From Candidatus Thorarchaeota archaeon (GTDB lineage Archaea > Asgardarchaeota > Thorarchaeia > Thorarchaeales > Thorarchaeaceae), in NCBI GenBank assembly GCA_963726195.1, contig CAVSBO010000016.1:32001-96000 (forward strand): 64,000 nucleotides of DNA, given 5' to 3'. The position numbers and the translations under genes are program-made. The notes beneath the pieces were generated by a model. That model searched no databases, had not been told where the DNA came from, and saw only the letters and a list, made by a program, of their open reading frames with translations. This document shows positions 48,205-57,894 of the stretch, piece by piece. Each line of letters starts with the position of its first letter. The first letter of the stretch is position 1.

Positions 48205-49380
48205 GTGCCCACGAATGTGACTCCTCAATTCAGCGCACAGCGGCAACGGTACGAAGACGCAGAATCATTGGAACAGAAGATTGCAGAACTGGAGAAGCTT
48301 CTGTCGCTGGCTCCCGGCCACAAGGGAGCAGAAAAGATGGTTTCTGACTACCGAAAGAAGCTGGCTCGTCACAAGGCAGACCTTGAGAAGAAGAAGGAAA
48401 TCGAACGGACACGAAGAAGCTCGGGCAGTGAAGAAGGTGCAATCAAGAAGGAGGGAGCAGGACAGGTCTGCTTAGTAGGCTTGACCAGCAGCGGCAAGTC
48501 CGCATTGATTAACTCAGTGACCAATGCGAGTCTCGCAGTGGGGGACCATCCCTTCACCACAGCTGTGCCGGCTCCTGCAATGATGACTCTGGAGGATGTC
48601 AACATTCAACTTGTGGAGCTTCCCGGCGTTTTTGAGGGCAGCCGTGAGACCAGCATTGGCAGACAGGCGATGGCGCTTGCACGAAACACGGATTGTATCG
48701 CCATCATAATCGACCTGTCCCAAGACGTAGACTCACAGATGAGTGTGATACTAGAGGAGATTGACAGGTCAAGGATCAGGCTTAACAAAGAGAAGTCAGC
48801 TGTGAGAGTAGAAAGAGTCGGTTTGGGAGGACAGATGATTTATGGCGCCCAAAACTATCAGGGCGATATACAAGAAGTGTACGAGTATCTTAGGGCCCGA
48901 AAGGTAGTGAATGCTATTGTCCGCTTTCAGAAACCTGCGACTTTTCAGCAGTTCATCGATGCGCTGGACACGAGCGTTGTGTATGTGCGGGCTTTTGTGA
49001 TTGCTACGAAGGGAGACGTCACGGGCTCAAATGAGCGGTACGAGGAACTCAAGGGCAAGTACGGCAACAGATTTGACATAGTTCCAGTTTCCGCCTCCAT
49101 GGGACAGAACTTGGAGGCGATGAAATGGGCCTTGTACAACCATCTGGACATTCTTCGTATTTACACGAAGAGTCCGCGCAGGGACCCCGATGAGAAGCCG
49201 ATTATCCTTCCCGAAGGATCAGTCGTTGAAGATGCTGCACGAAAAGTGCACAAACAGCTGTTCGTAGAGAGATTCCGTGCCGCAGTCATTTTCAGAGGGA
49301 ACGACAAGATTAAGCGAAGACAAGTGGGGCTCAGCTACCCACTTCAGGATGGCGACATAGTTCAGCTGTTGCATACGTGA
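48205..49380 (+). CDS. OBG/DRG-family GTPase with TGS domain
   Basis: MPTN, PGHKGAE, KKEGAGQV, GLTSSGKS, PFTT, ELPG, TKGD, RIYTK, LQDGDIV. Confidence 0.9.
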   Translation: MPTNVTPQFSAQRQRYEDAESLEQKIAELEKLLSLAPGHKGAEKMVSDYRKKLARHKADLEKKKEIERTRRSSGSEEGAIKKEGAGQVCLVGLTSSGKSALINSVTNASLAVGDHPFTTAVPAPAMMTLEDVNIQLVELPGVFEGSRETSIGRQAMALARNTDCIAIIIDLSQDVDSQMSVILEEIDRSRIRLNKEKSAVRVERVGLGGQMIYGAQNYQGDIQEVYEYLRARKVVNAIVRFQKPATFQQFIDALDTSVVYVRAFVIATKGDVTGSNERYEELKGKYGNRFDIVPVSASMGQNLEAMKWALYNHLDILRIYTKSPRRDPDEKPIILPEGSVVEDAARKVHKQLFVERFRAAVIFRGNDKIKRRQVGLSYPLQDGDIVQLLHT

Positions 49381-49419
49381 TCGACTCCTCCGAGAAGTAA
49401 TCATCATGAGGCAAGTAGA

Positions 49420-50163
49420 TTGGCGAATCTTTCAGGTTTAATCGTCGTTCTTGTCCAACCGGAGACTCCGGGCAATGTCGGTTTCGTGGCAAGAGCCATG
49501 GCAAACTTCGGCATTCAGACGCTCAGAATAGTCGGTGCAGATCCCAGACAGGACGAGCAGGCAAGGATATTCTCTGTCCATGCTCTGGACATTCTCGAAT
49601 CCGCCGAGATATTTCCGGACCTGCCATCTGCCCTTTCAGGAACTCATGTTGCATGGGCTGCTACAGCAAGAGCTGGCGGGAACTTCAGCGTGACCCGCGC
49701 CGTTGTATCGTTGACCGAGCTCCCGGACCCGACATCTCTGAACGGAAAGGTCGCATTGGTCTTCGGCAGGGAGAGCTCCGGGCTGACCAACGAAGAAATC
49801 GATCTATGTGATTTGGCCTTCTCAATACCCACCTCTGCGAAGAATCCTAGCATCAATCTGAGCCATGCGGTCGCTGTAACTCTGTACGACCTGTTTATGC
49901 GGTATGCGCCGAAAAGGGAACGAACTCAGTCCGACGCTCGGCCCGCGACAAGACAAGAGCGGGAACAGGTCTGCAAATTCATAGATGAGATCACGGACCG
50001 TCTTCCAATCCCTGAACACAGAAAGCCCATCACGAAACGTGTCTTCAGGAACCTGTTGGGCAGGGCTTACATAACAGGGAGAGAAGCTTTCACAATGACC
50101 GGGTTCGCTCGCGTGCTGAGAGACCTTGTACTAGAGAAAGAAGGTGACTACTCTGCACCATAA
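49420..50163 (+). CDS. trmJ: TrmJ/LasT-family tRNA 2'-O-methyltransferase
   Basis: PETPGNVGFVARAMANFG, ATAR, FGRESSGLTNEE, SINLSHAV. Confidence 0.88.
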   Translation: MANLSGLIVVLVQPETPGNVGFVARAMANFGIQTLRIVGADPRQDEQARIFSVHALDILESAEIFPDLPSALSGTHVAWAATARAGGNFSVTRAVVSLTELPDPTSLNGKVALVFGRESSGLTNEEIDLCDLAFSIPTSAKNPSINLSHAVAVTLYDLFMRYAPKRERTQSDARPATRQEREQVCKFIDEITDRLPIPEHRKPITKRVFRNLLGRAYITGREAFTMTGFARVLRDLVLEKEGDYSAP

Positions 50164-50690
50164 CCGAGTTTCCGTCTGAGTTCAGGGTCAATTCGGTCGA
50201 AGACTATCCTGCACGGTGTAGGCATCTTTGGAGCGGCCTTTTCGAGTGCCTCGCGCGCAGTCTCAATCTGATCCCTATTGACACGTATAGTGATTATAGC
50301 TTGCCCGGGACGAATACGTGCGGAACTCCCGATGACCTTGCCCCAAGACTTTCGCATACCGTCCTGCACACGGTCTGCTCCTGCGCCTGTCACCATTTTG
50401 TTCTCTCGAAGCCACTGATATGGCTTGACACGAATCCTCAGGTGGAACTTCTGTTTCGCGGTCTTCTTGGACATGTGTCTGTTCGCAGCGATACGCGCAG
50501 CCTCAAGGGCTTGATTCCTGATCTGACATCGCTCGAGACCAACGAGAGACATCTCTACCTCAAAATCGCCATTGGGCTGACCCATGTCGAAGCTGACAAG
50601 CTTGGAAACTGGCTGCCTGTGGATATACCGGGTCCGCATGAACGCGGGTCGATCGCACTCCCTATAACAGCGGCCTGGACGCTTACCCAT
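50148..50690 (-). CDS. rpl10e: Ribosomal protein uL16 (L10e)
   Basis: MGKRPGRCYR, QIRNQALEAARI, RENKMVTGAGADRVQDGMR. Confidence 0.97.
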   Translation of the reverse strand: MGKRPGRCYRECDRPAFMRTRYIHRQPVSKLVSFDMGQPNGDFEVEMSLVGLERCQIRNQALEAARIAANRHMSKKTAKQKFHLRIRVKPYQWLRENKMVTGAGADRVQDGMRKSWGKVIGSSARIRPGQAIITIRVNRDQIETAREALEKAAPKMPTPCRIVFDRIDPELRRKLGYGAE

Positions 50691-50910
50691 ATCGTTCACC
50701 TGAGACTGCTCTATAGACTTCTCTGCTCAGACTCAGGGAGAGCCTCTAGGCATTCAATAAAAGGGTTGTGGCACGAACGAACGGATGTCAGTTCAATGGC
50801 GGCCGCTACGAAGAGGAGGTTCCACTGACTTCGAATAGGCAATGACCCCGTCCGAAGACTCCATAAACACTGACGAGTGTAAAACCGACAGACAGGGTGG
50901 GACAGAATTG

Positions 50911-51576
50911 ATGCGGCGAAGTGTTTTGGGTGCTGCCATTATTGTGGTCAGTGTCTTAGGAGTTACCGGAGGAGTCCTCGTGCTCTACAACCAAAGTGCC
51001 GGTCTGCACTGGGCAGTGGAATCGGGTACGGAAATCACCTACGCTGTCAAAGTGTCTGGCTTCACTGAGTATTGGCCGTTCAACGGGTCATTGTACGCCC
51101 CACCACACGTTGAGCTGAACAACACGTTCGTAACAATACGAATCGACAGTCTTCCAGAGATTCCTGCCTTCCTCAACGGAGGAACATTCGCAGAGAGCAT
51201 ACTGAGCAACGTGAAGACTTCCATCACAGGACCACTTGTGTATATGAACGGGACCGAGGTTGTTTCGGTGGACTACTTGTTTCTCAACAATCTCTTATCT
51301 CAGTCCATTCTGCCTGTGGGAAACTGGCCCTTCATAGACTCCCTGTATCCGGACATACTGGAATCAGACCCACTTTGTGATACCTATTTTTCATCTCTGA
51401 ACACATCGTTCGTGATTGGCCATAGGACGTATCTATATGACGCAGGCTCGGGATGGTCCGCCACCGTGGATATGACCACAGGACTCCCGACCAACGCCAC
51501 CGTTTGGGCGTCGCAATTCTATGGGTACACTTTCTATTCGTACGAAATCACGCTGACTCCAGTGCCATCTGGCTAG
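50911..51576 (+). CDS. Membrane-anchored exported hypothetical protein
   Basis: MRRS plus hydrophobic anchor, LHWAVESG..ITY.V, ILPVGNW, several N-x-S/T sequons. Confidence 0.7.
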   Translation: MRRSVLGAAIIVVSVLGVTGGVLVLYNQSAGLHWAVESGTEITYAVKVSGFTEYWPFNGSLYAPPHVELNNTFVTIRIDSLPEIPAFLNGGTFAESILSNVKTSITGPLVYMNGTEVVSVDYLFLNNLLSQSILPVGNWPFIDSLYPDILESDPLCDTYFSSLNTSFVIGHRTYLYDAGSGWSATVDMTTGLPTNATVWASQFYGYTFYSYEITLTPVPSG

Positions 51577-51610
51577 AGTGAAATCCCGAATTGGGAAGTA
51601 GGACATTCCA

Positions 51611-52555
51611 TCAACGGTGCACTCCCTGTGATGAGATCGCTGCGATTACGACGAGCGGAAAAACCACGGTCGCGTCCCCGATGACGGTCTCATAGTTCGC
51701 ATCGGTCTGAACCTTCTGCCAAGAAATCCCTTCTCCAATGGGGGCTCCGCTCAAGCTTCCTCCTTCCGGCCGGTCCAACGTAATCTGTATCGCCATGTCG
51801 AGACCTCCCCGCAATATCGTGCTGCCCATTGCAAAATGCTTTGCAAGACCGCCCCCAAGCATGATAGCACCCGTCGTCTTTGTTGCGGTGATCATCTCAC
51901 CGAGTATCCGGAGGTCTTTCACGAAATCGAGCGACAGAGGCTGCATAGTGCTGTATGTATACAAATGAAAGCCGAGCATGGAATCCATAAGCCCCGGCGA
52001 AAAGATTGGAACCTTCTTGAGCGCGGCTTGATGCACTATCGACATCTTGTCATTCAGCGTTTTTCCCAGTTCTGTCAAGAACTCACTTGGTGCAAGAGTG
52101 AGACGCTTGTGCTGAGGCAAAGAGTCGAGGAACTTGTAAATCATCTTTTCAAAGAGCTCGAAGTCTTCGTTCCGTACGATTATGTCGGCAATCCGTCCCA
52201 TGCCCATCTGCCTGAGCTCGGCATCGTCTTTCTGCGCGGGAACGCGATAGTGCGCACCACCATACGCTTCGACCAAATCATGCACGATGTTTGCTCCACT
52301 CGTGACGATTGCATCAACGTAACCTTCTCTTACAAGGTAAGCCATTAGGTTTCTTAGTCCGCCTGGAACCATTGGACCGGACATGGAAAGAAAAGTGAAA
52401 CAGTCAGGATCTTGGAACATTTTCGATACGATTGCAGTAGCCCTGCCAAGACGGCCAGCTCCGAGCACCCCGACGTCCTGCATCGCGTGCACGAGCTCTG
52501 CAACGGACATGCTTCGTTGTGGGTCGATGTACTTTACCCGCTCCATGATAATCAA
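51611..52555 (-). CDS. dys: Deoxyhypusine synthase
   Basis: SGPMVPGGLR, SGANIVHD, GRIAD, GGGLAKH, GGSLSGA...ISWQK. Confidence 0.93.
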   Translation of the reverse strand: MIIMERVKYIDPQRSMSVAELVHAMQDVGVLGAGRLGRATAIVSKMFQDPDCFTFLSMSGPMVPGGLRNLMAYLVREGYVDAIVTSGANIVHDLVEAYGGAHYRVPAQKDDAELRQMGMGRIADIIVRNEDFELFEKMIYKFLDSLPQHKRLTLAPSEFLTELGKTLNDKMSIVHQAALKKVPIFSPGLMDSMLGFHLYTYSTMQPLSLDFVKDLRILGEMITATKTTGAIMLGGGLAKHFAMGSTILRGGLDMAIQITLDRPEGGSLSGAPIGEGISWQKVQTDANYETVIGDATVVFPLVVIAAISSQGVHR

Positions 52556-52754
52556 TTAGCCGGACACGGTCAGGCGGTGATAAAGGATTCTGTCAAAAGG
52601 AGGAGAAGGCGGCGAGCCCAAGTCAATTCCGGGAGGGCTATGCTCGGGTTCGCACGCCTAAGAACGAGTTCTCGATCGCAACATGAGCACAGTCTTGATT
52701 CAGGTTTTTGGGTTGCCGCTGTGGCTCCCAAAGTAGGATTCGGGCCCGGAGAGG

Positions 52755-53459
52755 TTGTCGAAAGTACTCGTATTCAGTTCAATATGCTTAAACGGGCCCA
52801 GAGGCCACGAAACCAGCATGCAGATGATTGCAGCGGGCTACTGGTATTTTATCTTGGTAGCAGGTTTGGTGGTTCAAGGAGTCTGGATGCTATTTACCAG
52901 AAGAGGGCGTGAGGGGTACATCCGCAGCATTACCAACTTTCGAAAGCCCTCTTCCGCCTCAGAACGGTTCTACGGCTGGCATCTTTCAAGCCCGGGCAGT
53001 GCAGCGCTTGAGGGCACTATAATCGACAGTGTCATCATTCTACTGGTACTCTATGTGACATTCACATTTGCCGACATGAGCTATTTCGTAGGGGCTCTGC
53101 CAGTCTTGATTCTTGTCCTAGTACTGTCAATTGCAGGTCCGATCCAGACAGCCAGACGCGTCGGAGGATTGGTCCGCATCGAAAGAAAGCTGTACGACGA
53201 TATCGATACGGCACCAGACAAAGTGAGCCAAGTGAGAATGATTATTGATAACCTCCTGAGTCCGCTGCAGGTACCAGATGGACGGTACTGGTTTGCACTA
53301 TTCAGAATCGCGTTGAGACAGGACCCTGTTGGCTATTCTGCACGAGACGTGCTAATGGAAAAAGCGAAAGAGCTCGATGTTCTGGCAGAACGAGTGCGCC
53401 GAGGCGAGAGAGTTCCCATGAAGAGGATGGGCTCGGAAGGCGGCGCCGACATCGAGTAA
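52755..53459 (+). CDS. Hypothetical membrane protein (3 TM helices plus cytosolic helical tail; start may be 52818)
   Basis: Long ORF with hydrophobic helices filling the gap between dys and rpl35ae. Confidence 0.7.
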   Translation: MSKVLVFSSICLNGPRGHETSMQMIAAGYWYFILVAGLVVQGVWMLFTRRGREGYIRSITNFRKPSSASERFYGWHLSSPGSAALEGTIIDSVIILLVLYVTFTFADMSYFVGALPVLILVLVLSIAGPIQTARRVGGLVRIERKLYDDIDTAPDKVSQVRMIIDNLLSPLQVPDGRYWFALFRIALRQDPVGYSARDVLMEKAKELDVLAERVRRGERVPMKRMGSEGGADIE

Positions 53460-53545
53460 CAAAAGGATTAGGTACTCGACATCATCATTTAGTAAGTTTT
53501 AAATGGTGTCTGGCAAGAGGCCTCGAGAACTCACTCAGCGAGGAG

Positions 53546-53836
53546 TTGTCAATGCCGGCAAGGAAAGTCGTGAAAGGCCCCACGGGTAGTGTAATCAGCT
53601 ACCGAAGAGGAAAGCATCTTCAGCATTTTGGCCAAGTTATTCTGGAGTTTGATACTGTTGACTCGAAGGACGCAGCAGCAGCTCTTGTGGGCCGGAATGT
53701 CAAGTGGGTTGCACCCAATGGCATCGAGTTCCTCGGAAAAGTTCTAGGTGCACACGGCAACAGCGGAGCTGTCAGAGCAAAGTTCCGCACAAACCTCCCG
53801 GGGCAGGCTTTGGGGACTTCTGTGACCCTACTCTGA
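53546..53836 (+). CDS. rpl35ae: Ribosomal protein eL33 (L35Ae)
   Basis: SYRRGKHLQ, GKVLGAHGNSGAVRAKFRTNLPGQALG; TTTTAAAT box at 53497. Confidence 0.95.
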   Translation: MSMPARKVVKGPTGSVISYRRGKHLQHFGQVILEFDTVDSKDAAAALVGRNVKWVAPNGIEFLGKVLGAHGNSGAVRAKFRTNLPGQALGTSVTLL

Positions 53837-53988
53837 GCAGAGCCCTCAACTTTTATCAGAGAATCATCAGACACTGGTATGGCTCCGGTGATGATCTTGG
53901 CTATCTGAGGACATCCGTGCCCTACGACGAGTCATAGTTAGACTGAGGAGCCACTTCCGCGTTGATAGCTTGAGGAACGGCTGACAGA

Positions 53989-54546
53989 ATGTGGTGTATT
54001 ATATACCTCGCACTGTACTGGTCTGCGGGATTCACGCTCAAGGCTGGAGATGACCTACTTGATGAGCTGAATCGACCTAATCTTGCTTGGTTTCCGTTGG
54101 GGCTTTCTGGTTTCCTCTTTGGCTTCATAATGACGCTCTCACAGTGGGATATGGTGTTGCTTAGCGCAGTAGTGATTGGTGTACTGCTGACTGGCAAAGT
54201 CAATAGGCCGCAGTTTGTGATTGGCTTCCTATTGATTGGAGTCATGCTAGTCGTCAGAGGCATACCTGTAGTCACTGACTGGCTTGAATGGTGGGGTCTT
54301 CTCGTGATGTTGCTGCTTGCGGCGGCCATCGATGAGGTGGGTCACGAAGCAAGGGGAAAGGAGACGAACTCAAACGCAGCTTGGCTCTTCAAGCACCGAT
54401 TCACTCTGAAGCTATCGGCCCTATTCCTCAGTATTCTCTGGCCTGAGTTCTTTCCCAGTGCTGTAGGCATATGGATGTTTGACTTTGGCTACGAGATTGC
54501 GGGGAGGCTCGCTAAGACTAGATCATCAGTCATGTTTGGTAAATGA
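53989..54546 (+). CDS. Hypothetical polytopic membrane protein
   Basis: KAGDDLLD, GKVN, AIDE, FDFGYE with about 6 TM helices. Confidence 0.7.
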   Translation: MWCIIYLALYWSAGFTLKAGDDLLDELNRPNLAWFPLGLSGFLFGFIMTLSQWDMVLLSAVVIGVLLTGKVNRPQFVIGFLLIGVMLVVRGIPVVTDWLEWWGLLVMLLLAAAIDEVGHEARGKETNSNAAWLFKHRFTLKLSALFLSILWPEFFPSAVGIWMFDFGYEIAGRLAKTRSSVMFGK

Positions 54547-55495
54547 GGCTACAGCAGACATCTTTGAAAACTGGCCTAAGACCAAGTGCCCGTCCGGCAT
54601 CGACCCCTTCTTGAGTGATGTATGCTATGCCGTTAACACCGCATTTGACAGCAAGAATGTCAGACTCAACCTTATGGGAACCCATCGGGCGGGCGCAGCC
54701 CAGAAGAATAGGCGTCGATTCCAGCCCGAGCCGCGCGACAGCCAACAAGCGGCCAACAACTTCAGCTGGCGGCGGCAAGAGATGCTCCATGGCTGTATTC
54801 CTTATTGGATTGAACACAATGAAGACTACTGCAGCCGGCTTGATCGATGAAATCATCTGTAATGCCTTCAGCTCGCCACTTAGTCGCCCGCGATCAAGCC
54901 CAACAAGGATGTGAGGAACAACAGGCACTCCTTGTTCCTCCAAGACTCTGAGAGATCGCTCTGTTTTCTCAGGGCCGTCCTCTACATGATAGACTTCTCG
55001 AGCTACTCTTGCATCGCCAACGACGTCCAACATCGCTGCATTCACATGTGCCAATGCCAAGGACTTGGCGGTGGCTTCATCGACAAGGCCAGTATGGACA
55101 ACAACCCTTAGTCCTAGGTCGTGCCTGATTGTCTGTAACACATCAGCATACTGCCCAATTGGCACGTGACCCATTGAGTCTGAACCGCCGCTCACAAGCA
55201 CTCCTTCGGCTCCATTCTTCTTCAACGTCTTACAACTTCTGAGAAGCGACTCAGGTGTCAAGGCAGGCTCCATTCCGTGAAGGAGATGCCCACCGCAGTG
55301 GTCACACTTCAGAGCGCAGCTGGCACCAGTTACGCTAAACGAAACAAAGTTACTCTGATTTGATTGTGCGTGGTCTTTGATTCTGTAAGGGTACCCAGTG
55401 GGACTATAGCACATCAGGTCTCGGCCAAAATGCTTTATCCTGATGTCAAAGCCCTCAGCAATGGCACTTTCAAATTCCGCGGCAGGCGCGGTCAT
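54530..55495 (-). CDS. Radical SAM protein, archaeal lipoyl synthase subunit LipS1-like
   Basis: SVTG..CALKCDHC, VSGG, VHTG, VPHI.VG, GCAR and C-terminal CC motifs; ATG at 55495 preferred. Confidence 0.72.
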   Translation of the reverse strand: MTAPAAEFESAIAEGFDIRIKHFGRDLMCYSPTGYPYRIKDHAQSNQSNFVSFSVTGASCALKCDHCGGHLLHGMEPALTPESLLRSCKTLKKNGAEGVLVSGGSDSMGHVPIGQYADVLQTIRHDLGLRVVVHTGLVDEATAKSLALAHVNAAMLDVVGDARVAREVYHVEDGPEKTERSLRVLEEQGVPVVPHILVGLDRGRLSGELKALQMISSIKPAAVVFIVFNPIRNTAMEHLLPPPAEVVGRLLAVARLGLESTPILLGCARPMGSHKVESDILAVKCGVNGIAYITQEGVDAGRALGLRPVFKDVCCSLIYQT

Positions 55496-55613
55496 CAGAA
55501 CAGAGCCATCGGTGAGAATGGAGAAGGTCATTACGTTGTCTCGAAGATGTTTCATGCCAGTTGCTATTAGGGTATCGATGAGAAACGTGTGAAAACCCAC
55601 AAGTATAACTAAC

Positions 55614-57101
55614 ATGCTAAGCAGGCACTATCTAGGAGAGCTGAGAACGATGGCCATGCCGTCAGGCGTTGAGACCGCAGGCATTGACTCCTTCTTCAAT
55701 GCAAAGGCTGTTGCGGTCTATGGAGCATCGGCCACACCCAACAGCGTAGGTCAGGCCATTCTTCAGAATTTCATCAAACCACAATACACAGGAAAAGTCT
55801 ACGCTGTTAACCCGAAATATCCCAGTGTTCTCGGAGTACCCTGTTATCCTAGTTTGAAGGAAATACCCGACCCAATAGAGATGGTAGTTGTTGCTGTGCC
55901 CGCCAGACTGACCCCGCGAGTATTCGAAGACATCGGGAACAAGGGAGCCAAAGCGGCTATCGTAATATCAGGGGGATTTTCGGAAACCGGACCGGCAGGT
56001 GCAGCCATCGAAGATGAAATGGTTGCCATCGCCAAGAAGTATGGCATCAGGATAATCGGACCCAATTGTGTCGGTGTAATAGACACTCAAACTCATGTCG
56101 ACTCGTTCTTCTTGCCGGAGTACCGCTGTGGAAGACCAAAGTCTAGCACGGTGGCAAACATATCATTGGTCTCTCAGTCGGGAGCGTTTGCAGCAGCAAT
56201 CTCTGACTGGACCTCACAGCTGGGAATTGGAATAAGCAAAATCATCAGCTTGGGCAACAAGTGCGATGTAGATGACGATGATCTTCTGTACTACCTTGGA
56301 GACGACCCTTCAACGCAGGTTATCTGTTACTATACAGAAGGTTATGATGAAGAGAAGGGCCGAACGTTCTTCGATACCGCAAAGACAGTGACCCCTCGCA
56401 AGCCGGTTCTCGTCGTGAAGTCGGGCAAGGGAAAGCGTGCTCGGGCTGCTGCTGACTCACACACTGGAGCCATCGCTGGCTCAGACCAAATCGCGGACGC
56501 AGCCTACAGGCAGGCCGGGATAATCAGAGCAGATAACTTCGAGCATATGTTTGACATGGCCAAGGCCCTTGCGATGCAGCCGCCCGCGAAGGGAGACAGG
56601 GTGCTAATGGTAACGAATGGTGGAGGGCTCGGAGTCATGACAATAGATGCGCTAGAGGCTCTTGGACTGTCGGTTCCAAGCCCCTCCCCGCAACTTGAAG
56701 AGAGATTCAAGTCCAGACTGCCCGCCTATTGTGCTTGGCACAACCCGGTGGATGTTGTGGGTGACACCGATGCCAGCCGATATGATGCTGTGTTCGATGA
56801 GGCAACAAAAAGCAACGAATACGACGTGTTTGTAGTTGGGATGCTATTGCAGACACCCTCCTTGGGCATGGATGTCACCAACGTGATATCCAACTATCAA
56901 CGCCAATCTGGCAAGCCCTTCGTGGTAGTGTCAATGGGAGGAGCCTTCACAACAAAGGCTGGAGAGATTATGGAGCTCATGGGCACTCCCACGTATGCCA
57001 CTGGAGAAAAGGCGGCAGTGGCTGCTGGTGCACTTGTGGCATATGGCAGGATTAGGTACGGCAATGAATTCATGCAAACTGCGGAGACTGAGAAAAGATA
57101 A
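55614..57101 (+). CDS. acdA: ADP-forming acyl/acetate-CoA ligase alpha subunit (start probably 55649)
   Basis: YAVNP, ISGGFSE, IIGPNC, SQSGA, SLGNK, SHTGAIAG, TNGGG, NPVD. Confidence 0.93.
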   Translation: MLSRHYLGELRTMAMPSGVETAGIDSFFNAKAVAVYGASATPNSVGQAILQNFIKPQYTGKVYAVNPKYPSVLGVPCYPSLKEIPDPIEMVVVAVPARLTPRVFEDIGNKGAKAAIVISGGFSETGPAGAAIEDEMVAIAKKYGIRIIGPNCVGVIDTQTHVDSFFLPEYRCGRPKSSTVANISLVSQSGAFAAAISDWTSQLGIGISKIISLGNKCDVDDDDLLYYLGDDPSTQVICYYTEGYDEEKGRTFFDTAKTVTPRKPVLVVKSGKGKRARAAADSHTGAIAGSDQIADAAYRQAGIIRADNFEHMFDMAKALAMQPPAKGDRVLMVTNGGGLGVMTIDALEALGLSVPSPSPQLEERFKSRLPAYCAWHNPVDVVGDTDASRYDAVFDEATKSNEYDVFVVGMLLQTPSLGMDVTNVISNYQRQSGKPFVVVSMGGAFTTKAGEIMELMGTPTYATGEKAAVAAGALVAYGRIRYGNEFMQTAETEKR

Positions 57102-57147
57102 AACGGACATTGGTCTGCGAATGAAGAGATAGAGGTCTGATGTTAGG

Positions 57148-57894
57148 ATGAAAGCTGCCAAGAAGATATTCGAGACTGCCCTCGCGGAAGGTCGGACCTT
57201 CATACTGGAGAGCGAAGCAAAAGACATCATGAAAGGGTACGGTATTGCGGTTCCAGCGTATGATACAGCTAGGTCTGCAGACGAGGCTGTCACGAAAGCG
57301 AAGAAGATTGGATATCCTGTAGTCCTCAAGATACTGTCCAAGGATATTCTTCACAAGTCTGATGCTGGAGGGGTCAAGGTCAACCTGAACGACGACAGCC
57401 AAGTCAGAAAGGCGTTTCAGGAGATTATGGACAATGCTAGAAAATACGGCAGCGACAAAGGCATTCAGGTAGATCTCAGCCGTGGAGTTCTCGTCTCGGA
57501 CTTCGCAGATCAGGGCACCGAGGTCATCATAGGAGTCACACGTGATCCTCAGTTTGGGCATGCCCTGATGTTTGGCCTCGGAGGGATCTTTGTCGAGGTA
57601 CTGAAGGATGTGACTTTCAGGCTCATACCAATGACTGAGTCCGACGCGCGCGAGATGGTAGGTGAAATAAAGGCAGCGAAAATACTGGATGGCGTTCGTG
57701 GTCAGCCTCCTCGTGACGTAGACGCGCTAGTGAATGTGATAATGGCTATCTCAAGGATGGTGAAAGAGAACCCTGAGATTGACGAACTCGACTGTAACCC
57801 CACTTTTGTTTATGACAAGGGAAAGGGTGCACTTGTCGTAGATGCACGGATACTGATTGAGGGCCCAAAGACTACGGAGAGCCCTGCTCACTGA
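57148..57894 (+). CDS. acdB: ADP-forming acyl/acetate-CoA ligase beta subunit (ATP-grasp)
   Basis: GYPVVLKI, HKSDAGGV, RDPQFG, GLGGIFVE, ELDCNP, VDARI. Confidence 0.93.
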   Translation: MKAAKKIFETALAEGRTFILESEAKDIMKGYGIAVPAYDTARSADEAVTKAKKIGYPVVLKILSKDILHKSDAGGVKVNLNDDSQVRKAFQEIMDNARKYGSDKGIQVDLSRGVLVSDFADQGTEVIIGVTRDPQFGHALMFGLGGIFVEVLKDVTFRLIPMTESDAREMVGEIKAAKILDGVRGQPPRDVDALVNVIMAISRMVKENPEIDELDCNPTFVYDKGKGALVVDARILIEGPKTTESPAH

